Shown one piece after another: positions 1 through 10,402 of a stretch of 28,446 nt of DNA. The stretch comes from a virus (lineage: Duplodnaviria > Heunggongvirae > Uroviricota > Caudoviricetes): the IMG/VR virus record IMGVR_UViG_2622736468_000007; one strand, given 5' to 3'. The notes beneath the pieces are model-generated. The model was not told the DNA's origin. It was given only the letters and a program-made list of their open reading frames with translations, and did not search any database. The translations under genes and the position numbers were made by a program. Every line of letters begins with the position of its first letter. The stretch's first letter is position 1.

Positions 1-234
1 ATGAAATCAAAAGACACCCTAAAGTGGTTCCCTGCGCAGCTTCCTGAAGTCAGAATTATCCTGGGAGATGCTGTCGTGGAAGTAGCAAAACAGGGAAGAC
101 CTATCAATACCAGAACATTGCTTGATTACATTGAAGGAAACATAAAGAAAAAGTCATGGCTGGATAACAAAGAATTATTACAAACAGCGATATCAGTTCT
201 TAAAGACAACCAAAATTTAAATGGTAAAGTGTAA
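1..234 (+). CDS. ydfK: small prophage protein, YdfK/YnaE-like (77 aa)
   Basis: ATG at position 1, 77 aa, immediately upstream of a Pin-type invertase as ydfK/ynaE are in Qin/Rac-type prophages; identity recalled from memory, not searched. Confidence 0.5.
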   Translation: MKSKDTLKWFPAQLPEVRIILGDAVVEVAKQGRPINTRTLLDYIEGNIKKKSWLDNKELLQTAISVLKDNQNLNGKV

Positions 235-613
235 TACCCCCCCTGAAAAATAATTTTTCAATGCATTAAAGAAATATCAACAACTACGTTATTCCGCAAC
301 AACCTACTTTTTTTACCATTTTTCCACTTTAACAACATTTTGCTCCACTTTTCCACGACCAAACAACTTAAAATCTGGTTGAAATAACATACAACACTAT
401 TATTCGTCTTCCTCGAGTCCGCCCGGAGTTCGAAAAACAAACCGAGTTAAAGCCATTTTTCAAAAAATCGATTTTTGGTTACACCAAAATTACGGGACTG
501 CATCCGAATTCGTTTATTTTCGAACGTATACATACAAATATGTACAATAATAAGCGAAATAATTTTTGGATATGCATTATGATATGTACACCAATTTCGT
601 ATAGAGTCTCACT

Positions 614-1204
614 ATGTCTCGAATTTTTGCTTACTGTCGGATATCAACGCTGGATCAGACCACCGAAAATCAACGCCGGGAAATCGAAAGTGCAGGTTTT
701 AAAATCAAACCTCAGCAAATAATCGAAGAACACATTAGCGGCTCAGCAGCAACCAGTGAGCGTCCTGGTTTTAACCGGTTGCTTGCTCGCCTGAAATGTG
801 GTGATCAATTGATTGTGACAAAACTGGATCGCCTTGGTTGTAATGCAATGGATATCAGGAAAACAGTGGAACAACTGACCGAAACAGGTATCAGAGTGCA
901 TTGCTTAGCATTGGGGGGCATTGACCTGACCAGTCCAACAGGGAAAATGATGATGCAAGTAATTTCAGCAGTCGCTGAATTTGAACGAGACCTTTTACTT
1001 GAACGCACTCATTCCGGGATAGTAAGAGCCCGGGGCGCAGGGAAACGTTTTGGTCGACCACCTGTGTTAAATGAAGAACAGAAACAGGTGGTATTCGAAC
1101 GAATTAAGTCAGGTGTAAGTATAAGTGCCATTGCCCGGGAATTCAAAACCTCGCGGCAAACCATTTTAAGAGCCAAAGCAAAACTTCAGACACCTGACAT
1201 ATAA
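614..1204 (+). CDS. pin: serine-recombinase DNA invertase (Pin/Gin/Hin family)
   Basis: 196 aa; N-terminal catalytic region (YCRISTLDQ...), C-terminal HTH ([15 protein letters not shown]); typical size and position next to tail-fibre genes. Confidence 0.9.
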
Positions 1205-1301
1205 AAAATAATCTTGGTGTGAGATGCTTTACGTCTTCCAAGCCCCCTTCCTTGCCGTAAATGGAAAGATACATCTAATTATAGAATTTATATGTTTTAC
1301 C

Positions 1302-1877
1302 CTACGGCAGTGCTGGCCATTCAATATCCTGTGAAGTTGACGTATCAACACGGTTCAGCAATACCCGATACTTTTTCCATGCTTCCAGCAACGAGATTTC
1401 TTCCTCCGTTGCAATTTCCAGATCTGCAGCATCCTGAAGCGGCGCAATATGCTCACTGGCTACCTGCATCAGGTTGTTTTTTGTTTCTTCCGCCTCCCGG
1501 ATCCGGAACAGTTTTTCTGCTTCCGTATCCTTCACCCAGGCTGTGCCGTTCCACTTCTGAAACTCCCCTTCCGGCGATAACCAGGTAACATTTTCCGGTA
1601 ACGGACCGAGTTCAGAAATAAATAACGCGTCGCCGGAAGCCACGTCATAAACCGTTTTACCCCGATGATCTTCAACGAGATGCCACGATGACTCATCACT
1701 GTTGAAAACAGCCACGAAGCCTGCCGGAATATCTGGCGGTGCAATATCGGTACTGTTTGCTGGCAGACCTGTATGAGGCGGAATATATGCATCACCTTCA
1801 CCAATAAATTCATTAGTTCCGGCCAGCAGATTATAAATTTTTATGGTCCGTGGTTGTTCACTCATTCTGAATGCCAT
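1302..1877 (-). CDS. tfa: tail fibre assembly protein (Tfa)
   Basis: 191 aa; lambdoid Tfa-like sequence; its ATG overlaps the stop of the upstream stf remnant (TAATG). Confidence 0.85.
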   Translation of the reverse strand: MAFRMSEQPRTIKIYNLLAGTNEFIGEGDAYIPPHTGLPANSTDIAPPDIPAGFVAVFNSDESSWHLVEDHRGKTVYDVASGDALFISELGPLPENVTWLSPEGEFQKWNGTAWVKDTEAEKLFRIREAEETKNNLMQVASEHIAPLQDAADLEIATEEEISLLEAWKKYRVLLNRVDTSTSQDIEWPALP

Positions 1878-1879
1878 TA

Positions 1880-2132
1880 TGCAAGCCTCACAATATAGTT
1901 AAATGCGATGTTTTTGACGGTGTTTTCCGCGTTACCAGCAGCGTTAACGGTGATGGTGTGTCCATGTGAACCAATCGCAACGGAGTGCGTATGTCATCCC
2001 TTTCAGGTGAATGATATTTCCATACGCTGTTGGATATCCGTTGTTATACACCTCGTATAACTCAAGACCTGTTGCCCCCTGCGTATTGTCTGTCAGCGCG
2101 GTTAACCGGGGCAAATGATGAGTATCGTCCTG
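1880..2132 (-). pseudogene. side tail fibre (stf) 3' remnant with internal deletion and stop
   Basis: Minus-strand translation gives tail-fibre C-terminal peptides (...[22 protein letters not shown]... and ...[28 protein letters not shown]) separated by an in-frame stop; no 5' portion present. Confidence 0.55.
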
Positions 2133-2876
2133 TTAACCTGCGGCGCTGACAGCCACCGTAGCCACTGCCACAAAATCGCCGTCAGCGGTCATGCCCACAA
2201 TGCTGACACTGCCCTGCTTCACGCCTTTTACCGTGGCCACAAGTCCGTTCAGGGTAACCGTGGCAGTCTGTGGATCTGACGAATGCACACTGATCGCTTT
2301 GTCACTGGCTCCGTCAGGTTTTACTGTAAAGGTCAGCGTGGTGGTTGCTCCCACTTTTACACTGGCAGATGCCGGTGATACTGTCAGCCCGGTAACGCTC
2401 ACGGTTTCAGTGCCTTCCTCTGCCAGATACGGACGCCCCACACCGCTGATTTTCACAGTGCGGGTCATCACGTCTTTTGAGGCAATGGTTTTACCCAGTG
2501 AGCTCAGCCAGCCACGGAAAACATCAACAGTGCCGTTGGGATATTTGATACGAAACGCGCAGACTTCACCGGAGTCGAACAACTGAACCAGTTTTTTCTG
2601 CCCGCTGTCACCCGGACGCCAGGCCAGCGTCGCCGAAGTATCACCAACGGATTTCTGCCCCTGGGTTGTCGTTTTCCAGTCTGCATCTTCATCATCGAGA
2701 TAAGTGTCATCTTCTGCATCAGCGGTCATTTCGCCAGGTTGCAGATCCTTCACCATCGCAAGACGCAGCCAGTCAGTGTCCGACAAAGGGTTCGCAAACG
2801 CATCGCCGTTGCCGGTATACATCCAGAACGTCGTCCCCGCACCTTTCGTCTTTGCCAGTGGATTTGGTGTAGTCAT
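2133..2876 (-). CDS. major tail protein, lambda gpV-like with C-terminal Ig-like domain
   Basis: ORF 2133..2951; likely start at internal ATG (2876) preceded by TAAGGAGGTGGTA; MTTPNPLAKTKGAGTTFWMYTGNGDAFANPLSD... matches the remembered lambda V N-terminus and C-terminal Ig-like repeat region. Confidence 0.85.
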   Translation of the reverse strand: MTTPNPLAKTKGAGTTFWMYTGNGDAFANPLSDTDWLRLAMVKDLQPGEMTADAEDDTYLDDEDADWKTTTQGQKSVGDTSATLAWRPGDSGQKKLVQLFDSGEVCAFRIKYPNGTVDVFRGWLSSLGKTIASKDVMTRTVKISGVGRPYLAEEGTETVSVTGLTVSPASASVKVGATTTLTFTVKPDGASDKAISVHSSDPQTATVTLNGLVATVKGVKQGSVSIVGMTADGDFVAVATVAVSAAG

Positions 2877-2975
2877 TACCACCTCCTTAATTCGTGTACG
2901 TGATCTGGTACGTGATTTCCGCCATCGCCCAGGTGGCCATCTCATTATCACGTTGATAGTTAAAACCGAGTGGGA

Positions 2976-3200
2976 TCAGGGTGTCGATGAGTCCGGAAAG
3001 TGCCGGTACCCGGGATGCCCCCGTCGTCGTGTAATCAGAGCCGCAAGGCGGCGCTCCCACTCCTGCCGTCCCTGCCGGATCTCAGATAAGTTTTCCATGG
3101 TCATCTGCTGACCATTAAAGGTGACGGATTTTCCGTCCAGCACCGCCATTTCAGCTTCCGTATAACGCTGAATCATGGCTTCGATATCATTCTGGTTCAT
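2976..3200 (-). CDS. gpW-like head-tail joining protein (small, directly after terminase)
   Basis: 74-76 aa ORF whose ATG overlaps the terminase stop (ATGA) with GGAGG just upstream; position and size match lambda W; C-terminal RRRG motif. Confidence 0.45.
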   Translation of the reverse strand: MNQNDIEAMIQRYTEAEMAVLDGKSVTFNGQQMTMENLSEIRQGRQEWERRLAALITRRRGHPGYRHFPDSSTP

Positions 3201-5298
3201 AACCATCCTCCGGAAGTCAGCCAGGGGTTAACATCGTCAGTTACTGTTTTCTTCCGTTTTTGTTTTTTAACAGGCGTGGATACCGGTTCCGGTGTGGGTG
3301 ACGGTTCGGTACTGTCCGGGACACACTCCAGCCAGGTTTCCCGGCTCGCCCACTCCGGTGCATCCGGCCAGCGGATCTTTTCGTATCCATGCAGAATGAC
3401 CAGAGCCTCGGCATACACCATCAGGTCAAAAGCTTCGTTGGCACCGCGACCCGGCTTACTCCATTTCCCGTCACTGCTCCGCTCTTCATACGTCAGTTCG
3501 TCGTAAAACCAGCTCCCCAGCCAGTCAGGGAAATGCACATAGCCGGGACCTGGCGAGTCACGCCATAACGCGTTATTCACCCGGTCTTTCAGGGCATCCG
3601 TCTGAAGAAGCCAGAGCGGTACATCACCTGCGGCCTGCGCCCGTCGGCCCGTTCGTCCGGTGTTATCAGGGAATGTACGGGTGATCAGTTTTGCGCGCCG
3701 GATGCTGTCGCCCTTAAACAGGTAAATACGTTTACCAAGGCCATCACGACGGCAACGACGCCAGAATTTATAGGCATTATCAGTGACTCCGTCTTCACCG
3801 CCGGAGTCCACCGCCATTGCCATCAGTCGCATTTGTTGAGAAGGATCGGAGGCCAGCGGCCAGCTTTTATGAAAAACATCCGTCAGCAGGACATCCCAGT
3901 CTTCCGGATAGCTGGCCGGATCAATTCGCTGGCTCTCCCCGTCGCTGTCACCGCGCAATGACTGCGTGATGTTGTAACGATCAATAATCCAGCGTTCGCC
4001 ACGGCTGCCATAGCCCGTTACCTGAACCACAAAACGGCGATGACGTCCCGCCTGCACATCAACTGTCGCCACCAGGAAATTAACGCCATCCGGCACACTG
4101 CGGGAAGGAACTGGCTCTGCCCGCTGCTCAAGCAGTTCACTTTTTCGTTGCTCCATGCTGGCACGGGGAAGATAAGGTAATCCCCAGTCGGTATTGATAA
4201 CCGTCTTGAGTGTTTCTTCACTTCCGGTTGTCTCGTATTCCTGTTCTGCAGCAAGCAGTTTGTAAACGAGTTGCGAGAGTGTCTGGTAAGCAGCTGCCGG
4301 ACCCTCCATCCAGAATGACGCAATACGTGAGCGTCGGGGATCACCATAACGACTGCCATCCGCATTGATGGATTCACCATCCCGCAACCAGACCCCACGT
4401 CCGTTCAGCTCACGTTTTTGTTCAGGCATAATCCGTCCTGAACAGGAAGGACACTGAATATAAGCCGCCTCACTTGCCAGCACGGGATCGGCAATATCAC
4501 GGAAACCAGCAACCACATCGCCGCAGGGCTGAAAATACTCACCACAGTGTGGACAGGGCCAGTACCAGCGACGGCGATCGCCACGGTTATAGAGCGACAG
4601 TATCCCCGTGGTTGGTGGAGCCTCATGCGGTGAAGTCCGTCGCCATTTCACATCCTTCACATCCCTGCCGGGGAACTCTCCACCAGCGTCATACCACTGG
4701 ACATAAATGTGGTGGTACGTTTTGAGGCAAGAGAGAAGGCATCCTCCTCGCCATCAATATCTTCCGGAAAACGGTCATAATCCGTCAGCGCCACGCATTT
4801 ATAATCTGATGAGGACATGATATTGACTGACGGCCAGCCGATTTTCAGGTAGTTGCCAGCAAGGAATGTTCTGTCATAAACGTTGTTGTCATTTTTGTTC
4901 GGACTCAGGCGACTGACCACTTCCGGGCTGACGCGAAACGTTCTGGCAAGTCGTTTTTTGGAGTGTTCGCGGGCTTTTTCCTCCGTCATCTGAATGATCA
5001 GCATATCAGCAGGATCGCAAATCACGTTGTAAATCACCCAGCCGTCAATCAGGCCGATAGTCTTGCCAGTTCGTGCCGGGCCAACAAATATCACTGCGTC
5101 GTATTCACGCGAGGCCAGGCAGTTCATCGGCTCAATAACATACGGTGCCACCAGCGGATCCCACGGGACTGAGTTCCCGGCCCCCATGGGCACCCGCATA
5201 TACTGAGCAACGGCATCAGCAACCCGCATTCGTCTCGGTGCGCGAAGGATATAACCTGAATCGGTTCGTGCTGCCTTTGCGGTTTCCTGATTCAGCAT
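3197..5298 (-). pseudogene. terminase large subunit (GpA family) split into two frames (4657..5298 N-terminal ATPase part; 3197..4660 C-terminal part)
   Basis: N-terminal ORF carries Walker A (VIFVGPARTGKT); C-terminal ORF carries CPHCGEYF zinc-finger-like motif and nuclease region; frames change near 4657-4662, where the second ORF only has a GTG start overlapping the first ORF's TGA. Confidence 0.75.
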
Positions 5299-5300
5299 TA

Positions 5301-5468
5301 CTCCTCCTGCTGTAATTCCTCCTCATCATCCGCACCTGCTTCGGTCACCCGCAGGGCTATCTGATCGCGCAGATCATCAATAATGGACTGAACACGGCTC
5401 ACAGCGGCAGGCTGCAGGCCGCAGTCACGTTCCAGAATATCCGGTAATGTCTCCAGCACCTGCACGAC
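5301..5468 (-). pseudogene. terminase small subunit (Nu1-like), C-terminal part separated by IS insertion
   Basis: 56 in-frame codons ending ...DDEEELQQEE* with TAA overlapping the large-terminase ATG (TAATG); in frame with the N-terminal part across the IS629 insertion. Confidence 0.6.
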
Positions 5469-5510
5469 TGAACCGCCCCGGGTTTCCTGGAGAGTGTTTT
5501 ATCTGTGAAC

Positions 5511-6401
5511 TCAGGCTGCCGGATCATCGTTTCCGATGGAAGCATAATAAGCTTTTTCTGCTTCTGCCGGAGGAGTATGGCCCAGCCTTTCCAGCAATCG
5601 TCGATTGTTATACCAGTCCACCCACGTGAGTGTGGCCAGCTCCACTTCTGTCCGGTTTTTCCAGCTCTTACGGTGTATTACCTCCGCTTTGTAAAGACCA
5701 TTGATGCTCTCCGCCATCGCGTTGTCATACGAGTCGCCTGTACTTCCTGTTGATGCCAGTAATCCGGCTTCCTTAAGCCGCTGTGTGTAGGCCAGCGATA
5801 CATACTGAGAACCTTTATCACTGTGATGGACCGTGCCGGACGGTCGACGGGCCCATAACGCCTGCTCCAGTGCATCCAGCACGAATGTCGTTTCCATGGA
5901 CGATGAGACCCGCCACCCCACGATGTATCCGGCAAACACATCAATGATGAACGCCACATAGACGAAGCCCTGCCATGTGCTGACGTAAGTAAAATCAGCC
6001 ACCCACAGCTGGTCAGGTCGTTCTGCCACGAACTGACGGTTTACGCGGTCGCCTGCGGCAACGGCTTTCCGGCTGATGGTCGTACGGACCTTTTTACCCC
6101 GGAGAACACCGGCAAGTCCCATAACCGCCATGAGACGTGCCACAGTGCATCTGGCCACTCTGATACCTTCCCGTAACAACTGACGCCAGACTTTACGCAC
6201 ACCGTATACCTTGTGATTTTCATCGTATACGCGCTGTATCTCTTTCTTCAGCCAGTCATCGCGCTGCGCACGGGCACTGCGTTTATCCGGATGATGTCGC
6301 TGTTGCTGACAGTGGTAATACGTTGACGGGGCAATATGCAGTTCGCTGCATAGCGGTCCGACCCCGTACTGCTCACGCAGCTTATCCAGCAGTGGCATCA
6401 T
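5511..6401 (-). CDS. IS3-family transposase OrfB (DDE catalytic domain)
   Basis: 296 aa; typical IS3-family integrase-core sequence. Confidence 0.9.
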   Translation of the reverse strand: MMPLLDKLREQYGVGPLCSELHIAPSTYYHCQQQRHHPDKRSARAQRDDWLKKEIQRVYDENHKVYGVRKVWRQLLREGIRVARCTVARLMAVMGLAGVLRGKKVRTTISRKAVAAGDRVNRQFVAERPDQLWVADFTYVSTWQGFVYVAFIIDVFAGYIVGWRVSSSMETTFVLDALEQALWARRPSGTVHHSDKGSQYVSLAYTQRLKEAGLLASTGSTGDSYDNAMAESINGLYKAEVIHRKSWKNRTEVELATLTWVDWYNNRRLLERLGHTPPAEAEKAYYASIGNDDPAA

Positions 6402-6724
6402 TTTTTCCAGAGGCGGTCGAACTCCGCCTTCGCAAAATAAGCGGAAGCCTGGCGAAGGATATCGTTACTGCGGCGCAGTTCACGATTTTCACGCTCCAGC
6501 TCTTTCAGACGCTGACGTTCAGCGGTGGTGAGCCCTCCATCACCGCCCCCGGTATCCCGCTCATGCTGGCGAACCCAGACACGCAGAGTCTCCGGCGTAC
6601 AGCCAATCTTTGGAGCAATGGAACAAATTGTCGCCCATTGTGAGTCATATTCGCTCTGACTTTCCAGAACCATACGGACTGCCCGTTGACGGACTTCGGG
6701 GGAAAAACGAGTATTTTTAGTCAT
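6398..6724 (-). CDS. IS3-family transposase OrfA (HTH, leucine zipper)
   Basis: 108 aa [19 protein letters not shown]...; overlaps orfB start as expected for frameshift-fused OrfAB. Confidence 0.9.
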   Translation of the reverse strand: MTKNTRFSPEVRQRAVRMVLESQSEYDSQWATICSIAPKIGCTPETLRVWVRQHERDTGGGDGGLTTAERQRLKELERENRELRRSNDILRQASAYFAKAEFDRLWKK

Positions 6725-6778
6725 CCTGTTTACCTCTTTCTCAGGAAGTTTAGTCTCCAGGATTCCCGGGGCGGTTCA

Positions 6779-7103
6779 CGACCGCTTTTGCCCAGATGGC
6801 AAACTCCCGTCTGACATCACTGGCCGGAATGAGTTGTGCCGTTTCCTGTTCGAACTTAAGACGCTCACGTTCAGACTGATACCAGGCTTTGCGTTCATGT
6901 GGATCCATTTCGCCCTCAGCAACCGGCGGTGGTAACCCCATAAATTCAGTCAGAATATCGGTCAACCGGTATAGCTTGAGTTTGTCATGTCCACCAGCGG
7001 GACGAATGTTTTTCAGTCTTGCCACGACAGTCTGGCGGTGCAGACCAGATAAAGCCGCCAGTTGATTAATATTCAGCACCAGGTTTTTCAACTCATGATC
7101 CAT
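6779..7103 (-). pseudogene. terminase small subunit (Nu1-like), N-terminal part interrupted by IS629-like element
   Basis: ORF 6750..7103 MDHELKNLVLNINQLAALSGLHRQTVVARLKNIRPAGG... (winged-HTH like Nu1); the last 8-9 codons are read-through into the IS end. Confidence 0.7.
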
Positions 7104-7264
7104 ATTTCCTCCGGAGAGCTTTAAACATGCATCGTGCGAACAACTTTAAGAAAACGCGTTCGATGTCGAACAAAAAACACTCAATTCGACATACAAAAAA
7201 CAAACAACCATTAATAATCAATAAGATGCAAAGATGATGGTGGCCGATAAAAATGCAAAAACTA

Positions 7265-7295
7265 GCCTTTTTCCGCGACGCTCCCGCCCCGTGGC
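7265..7295. other. candidate cos (cosN-like) site upstream of small terminase gene
   Basis: Minus-strand GGGGCGGGAGCGTCGCGG resembles remembered lambda cosN GGGCGGCGACCTCGCGG; lies ~170-190 bp upstream of the nu1-like start, as in lambda. Confidence 0.4.
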
Positions 7296-7470
7296 AGGGC
7301 CCCCCACAGGGAGGACCCGACAGCCTGACAACCGTGACGAGCATCTGAAACAGAGCTTTACATAATGGCATGGGGATAATTCAGAAGGACATCACAGCAT
7401 GCCCACACAAATTAGTGTGAGTGTCCTGTTTCTTACTACGCGCAGGACTGACGAGCATGAGGGGAAAATA

Positions 7471-8052
7471 GTAAGCGTACAGCCTGAACCGTCTGGTCAG
7501 AATCTGACGAATTAGACAAAGTGGTGTCCACCAAATAAGCAGTGGGAACCAAAGTATCAGATATGCAGAAAAATGTGACTCCCGGCAGGCGAAAAGGCTG
7601 CCCTAATTATCCTCCCGAATTTAAACAGCAGCTCGTTGCTGCCTCCTGTGAACCCGGGATATCCATCTCAAAACTTGCTCTTGAAAATGGCATTAACGCC
7701 AATCTGTTGTTCAAATGGCGACAACAATGGCGCGAGGGAAAGCTGCTATTACCTTCTTCAGAGAGCCCCCAGCTACTTCCTGTGACTCTCGATGCAGCTG
7801 CCGAACAGCCAGAATCGCTCGCAGAGGACCCGGAAACCCTCAGTATCAGCTGTGAGGTAACGTTCCGGCACGGGACGCTCCGCTTCAATGGCAATGTCAG
7901 CGAAAAGCTCCTGACTCTGCTGATACAGGAACTGAAGCGATGATCCCGTTACCTTCCGGGACCAAAATTTGGCTGGTTGCCGGTATCACCGATATGAGAA
8001 ATGGCTTCAACGGCCTGGCTGCGAAAGTACAAACGGCGCTGAAAGACGATCC
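7471..8052 (+). repeat. 582-bp inverted duplicate of the orfA-proximal end of the IS66-family element (partner 9913..10494)
   Basis: Sequence 7471-8052 is the reverse complement of 9913-10494 (orfA proteins identical except one residue, E/K). Confidence 0.85.
7563..7943 (+). CDS. IS66-family OrfA (TnpA accessory protein), partial-copy duplicate
   Basis: ORF 7542..7943 (GTG) with likely ATG at 7563; MQKNVTPGRRKGCPNYPPEFKQQL... Confidence 0.8.
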   Translation: MQKNVTPGRRKGCPNYPPEFKQQLVAASCEPGISISKLALENGINANLLFKWRQQWREGKLLLPSSESPQLLPVTLDAAAEQPESLAEDPETLSISCEVTFRHGTLRFNGNVSEKLLTLLIQELKR

Positions 8053-8056
8053 GTAA
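7940..8056 (+). pseudogene. IS66-family tnpB truncated after codon 38 at the junction with the inverted complete copy
   Basis: [38 protein letters not shown] ; the stop is supplied by the GTAAGCG terminal repeat of the adjacent copy. Confidence 0.8.
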
Positions 8057-8089
8057 GCGTGCAGCAAGAACCGTATTGACGGGGATGTG

Positions 8090-9628
8090 TTATTCAGTCG
8101 GCAGTGCTACGCGCCAGGGGAGCAGTTCGCCGACCCGGTTTATCGGCCAGTCGGCTATGACGTCAAGGACATAGCGGAGGTAGCTTTCTGGCTCCACTCC
8201 GTTCAGTTTGCACGTCCCGATCAGGCTGTACAGCAGCGCTCCCCGCTCTCCTCCATGATCCGAACCGAAGAACAGGTAGTTTTTGCGGCCCAGACTGACC
8301 ATCCGCAACGCATTTTCAGCGATGTTATTGTCCGCCTCAGCCCAGCCATCATCTGCATAGTACGTCAGCGCCGGCCACTGGTTCAGGGCGTATGCGAACG
8401 CTTTCGCCAGTTCTGAGTGTCGCGACAGGGTTTTCATCTTTTCACGCAGCCAGCTTTCCAGGGATTTCAGCAGCGGTTTCGTTTTCAACTGACGTTCGGC
8501 AAGGCGCTGTTCCGCCGTCATTCCCCTTATCTCTGCCTCGATGGCGTACAGTTCGCCGATCCGTTTCAGCGCTTCCTCCGTCAGGGCTGACGGGGTGCGA
8601 ACGTGCACATCGTGGATTTTACGGCGGGCGTGAGCCCAACAGGCGGCTTCCGTTATCCGGCCATCCCGGTACAGCTCGTTGAACCCGGCGTATGCATCCG
8701 CCTGCAGTACACCACTGAACCCCGCAAGATGGGTCTGCGGATGGATGCCTTTTCTGTCCGGGCTGTAAGCGAACCACACCGCCGGCGCCAGCGTTGACCC
8801 GGCGTTACGGTCGTCACGAACATACGCCCACAACCGCCCGGTCTTCGTTTTCTTATTGCCTGGCAACAGCACCGGGACAGGCGTGTCATCAACATGGAGC
8901 TTACCGTCAGTCAGCACATAGCCATGAAGCGCCTCTTCCAGCGGAGACAGCAGCCGGCAGCATGCATCCACCCAGCCCGACAGCAGTGAACGGCTCAGCT
9001 CCACACCTTGCCGGCCGTATATTTCTGACTGGCGATACAGCGGGGTGTGCTCTGCATACTTCGAGGTCAGCACGCGGGCCAGCAGCCCCGGTCCGGCGAT
9101 ACCCCGCTCGATGGGCCGCGAAGGTGCAGGTGCCTGCACGATGGCATCGCACTGAGTACAGGCATGTTTTTCCCGTACCGTCCGGATAACCCGGAAGGCG
9201 CTACGCATCAACTCCAGCTGTTCGGCGGTATCCTCGCCCAGATAACTCAGTGAACCGCCGCAGTTCGGGCAGCACGGCGCCGCAGGCAACAGTCGCTTTT
9301 CGTCACGGGGTAGTGATTCAGGGAACGGCTTACGGGTGCGGGTCTGACGCAACGGACGCTGTACTGCCGGGTCATACACCCTACCAGTCAGCGTATCGCT
9401 CTCTTTCTGAAGCCGGTTCAGATCGGCTTCCATTTGTGCGATACGGCGGGAGACTTTTTCGGAACGACTGCCGAAGTTCATCCGGCGGAGTTTATCCAGC
9501 TGCGCCTGCAGATGGTCTATTTCGCGCTCCCGGTTGCTCAGCTTTTCCTGCAGGGCGTGGATCAGCGCTTCCTGTTCGGCCAGGCGCTGTTTCAGCAGGA
9601 AGATGTCGTCAGAAGAGATGTCGTTCAT
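8090..9628 (-). CDS. IS66-family transposase (TnpC, DDE)
   Basis: 512 aa; leucine-zipper N-terminus, CxxC zinc motif, DDE core typical of IS66 transposases. Confidence 0.9.
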   Translation of the reverse strand: MNDISSDDIFLLKQRLAEQEALIHALQEKLSNREREIDHLQAQLDKLRRMNFGSRSEKVSRRIAQMEADLNRLQKESDTLTGRVYDPAVQRPLRQTRTRKPFPESLPRDEKRLLPAAPCCPNCGGSLSYLGEDTAEQLELMRSAFRVIRTVREKHACTQCDAIVQAPAPSRPIERGIAGPGLLARVLTSKYAEHTPLYRQSEIYGRQGVELSRSLLSGWVDACCRLLSPLEEALHGYVLTDGKLHVDDTPVPVLLPGNKKTKTGRLWAYVRDDRNAGSTLAPAVWFAYSPDRKGIHPQTHLAGFSGVLQADAYAGFNELYRDGRITEAACWAHARRKIHDVHVRTPSALTEEALKRIGELYAIEAEIRGMTAEQRLAERQLKTKPLLKSLESWLREKMKTLSRHSELAKAFAYALNQWPALTYYADDGWAEADNNIAENALRMVSLGRKNYLFFGSDHGGERGALLYSLIGTCKLNGVEPESYLRYVLDVIADWPINRVGELLPWRVALPTE

Positions 9629-9677
9629 AAGCCCGTATTTTACCGGGCTTATTCTGTGACAACCAGGATAAAGAGAT

Positions 9678-10025
9678 TTACAGCATGGTCAGGGAGGTCA
9701 GCAGCCGCTTAGGCTGTCGCCAGTCGATACCTTCCAGCAGCATCGCCAGCTGCGCCTGTGTAAGGAACACTTTGCCATCACGGGCTGACGGCCAGGCGAA
9801 GCGCCCACGCTCCAGCCGTTTGGTCAGGAGGCACAGTCCGTCACCGGTGGACCACAGCAGTTTAACCTGACTGCCGCTGCGGCCCCGGAAAATGAAAACA
9901 TGGCCGGACATGGGATCGTCTTTCAGCGCCGTCTGTACTTTCGCAGCCAGGCCGTTGAAGCCATTTCTCATATCGGTGATACCGGCAACCAGCCAAATTT
10001 TGGTCCCGGAAGGTAACGGGATCAT
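9678..10025 (-). CDS. IS66-family TnpB
   Basis: 115 aa [31 protein letters not shown]...; ATGA overlap with orfA. Confidence 0.9.
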   Translation of the reverse strand: MIPLPSGTKIWLVAGITDMRNGFNGLAAKVQTALKDDPMSGHVFIFRGRSGSQVKLLWSTGDGLCLLTKRLERGRFAWPSARDGKVFLTQAQLAMLLEGIDWRQPKRLLTSLTML

Positions 10026-10402
10026 CGCTTCAGTTCCTGTATCAGCAGAGTCAGGAGCTTTTCGCTGACATTGCCATTGAAGCGGAGCGTCCCGTGCCGG
10101 AACGTTACCTCACAGCTGATACTGAGGGTTTTCGGGTCCTCTGCGAGCGATTCTGGCTGTTCGGCAGCTGCATCGAGAGTCACAGGAAGTAGCTGGGGGC
10201 TCTCTGAAGAAGGTAATAGCAGCTTTCCCTCGCGCCATTGTTGTCGCCATTTGAACAACAGATTGGCGTTAATGCCATTTTCAAGAGCAAGTTTTGAGAT
10301 GGATATCCCGGGTTCACAGGAGGCAGCAACGAGCTGCTGTTTAAATTCGGGAGGATAATTAGGGCAGCCTTTTCGCCTGCCGGGAGTCACATTTTTCTGC
10401 AT
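10022..10402 (-). CDS. IS66-family OrfA (TnpA)
   Basis: ORF 10022..10423 (GTG start); likely ATG start 21 nt in. Confidence 0.85.
   Translation of the reverse strand: MQKNVTPGRRKGCPNYPPEFKQQLVAASCEPGISISKLALENGINANLLFKWRQQWREGKLLLPSSESPQLLPVTLDAAAEQPESLAEDPKTLSISCEVTFRHGTLRFNGNVSEKLLTLLIQELKR

Larger units (their letters stand above)
5469..6778 (-). mobile_element. IS3-family insertion sequence (IS629-like), 1310 bp
   Basis: Terminal inverted repeats TGAACCGCCCCGGG(T/A)(T/A)TCCTGGAGA at both ends; orfA/orfB with overlap; flanked by 4-bp direct repeat CGAC (5465-5468 and 6779-6782). Confidence 0.9.

Noticed and set aside
1292-1588. 98-aa plus-strand ORF
   Set aside because: It lies entirely antisense within the tail fibre assembly gene; the product is Pro/Leu-rich and not protein-like.
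2877-2951. N-terminal 25-codon extension of the V-like ORF (MIMRWPPGRWRKSRTRSRTRIKEVV)
   Set aside because: It starts at a GTG and is Arg-rich and not protein-like; the internal ATG at 2876 has a near-perfect RBS and matches the gpV N-terminus.
2191-3111. Plus-strand ORFs overlapping the V-like and W-like genes
   Set aside because: They are antisense to genes with clear homology; no RBS; the products are low-complexity.
8392-9712. Multiple 60-130-aa plus-strand ORFs inside the IS66 tnpC gene
   Set aside because: They are antisense to a well-supported transposase gene; the translations are Arg/Pro/Ala-rich and low-complexity, as expected from GC-rich antisense frames.
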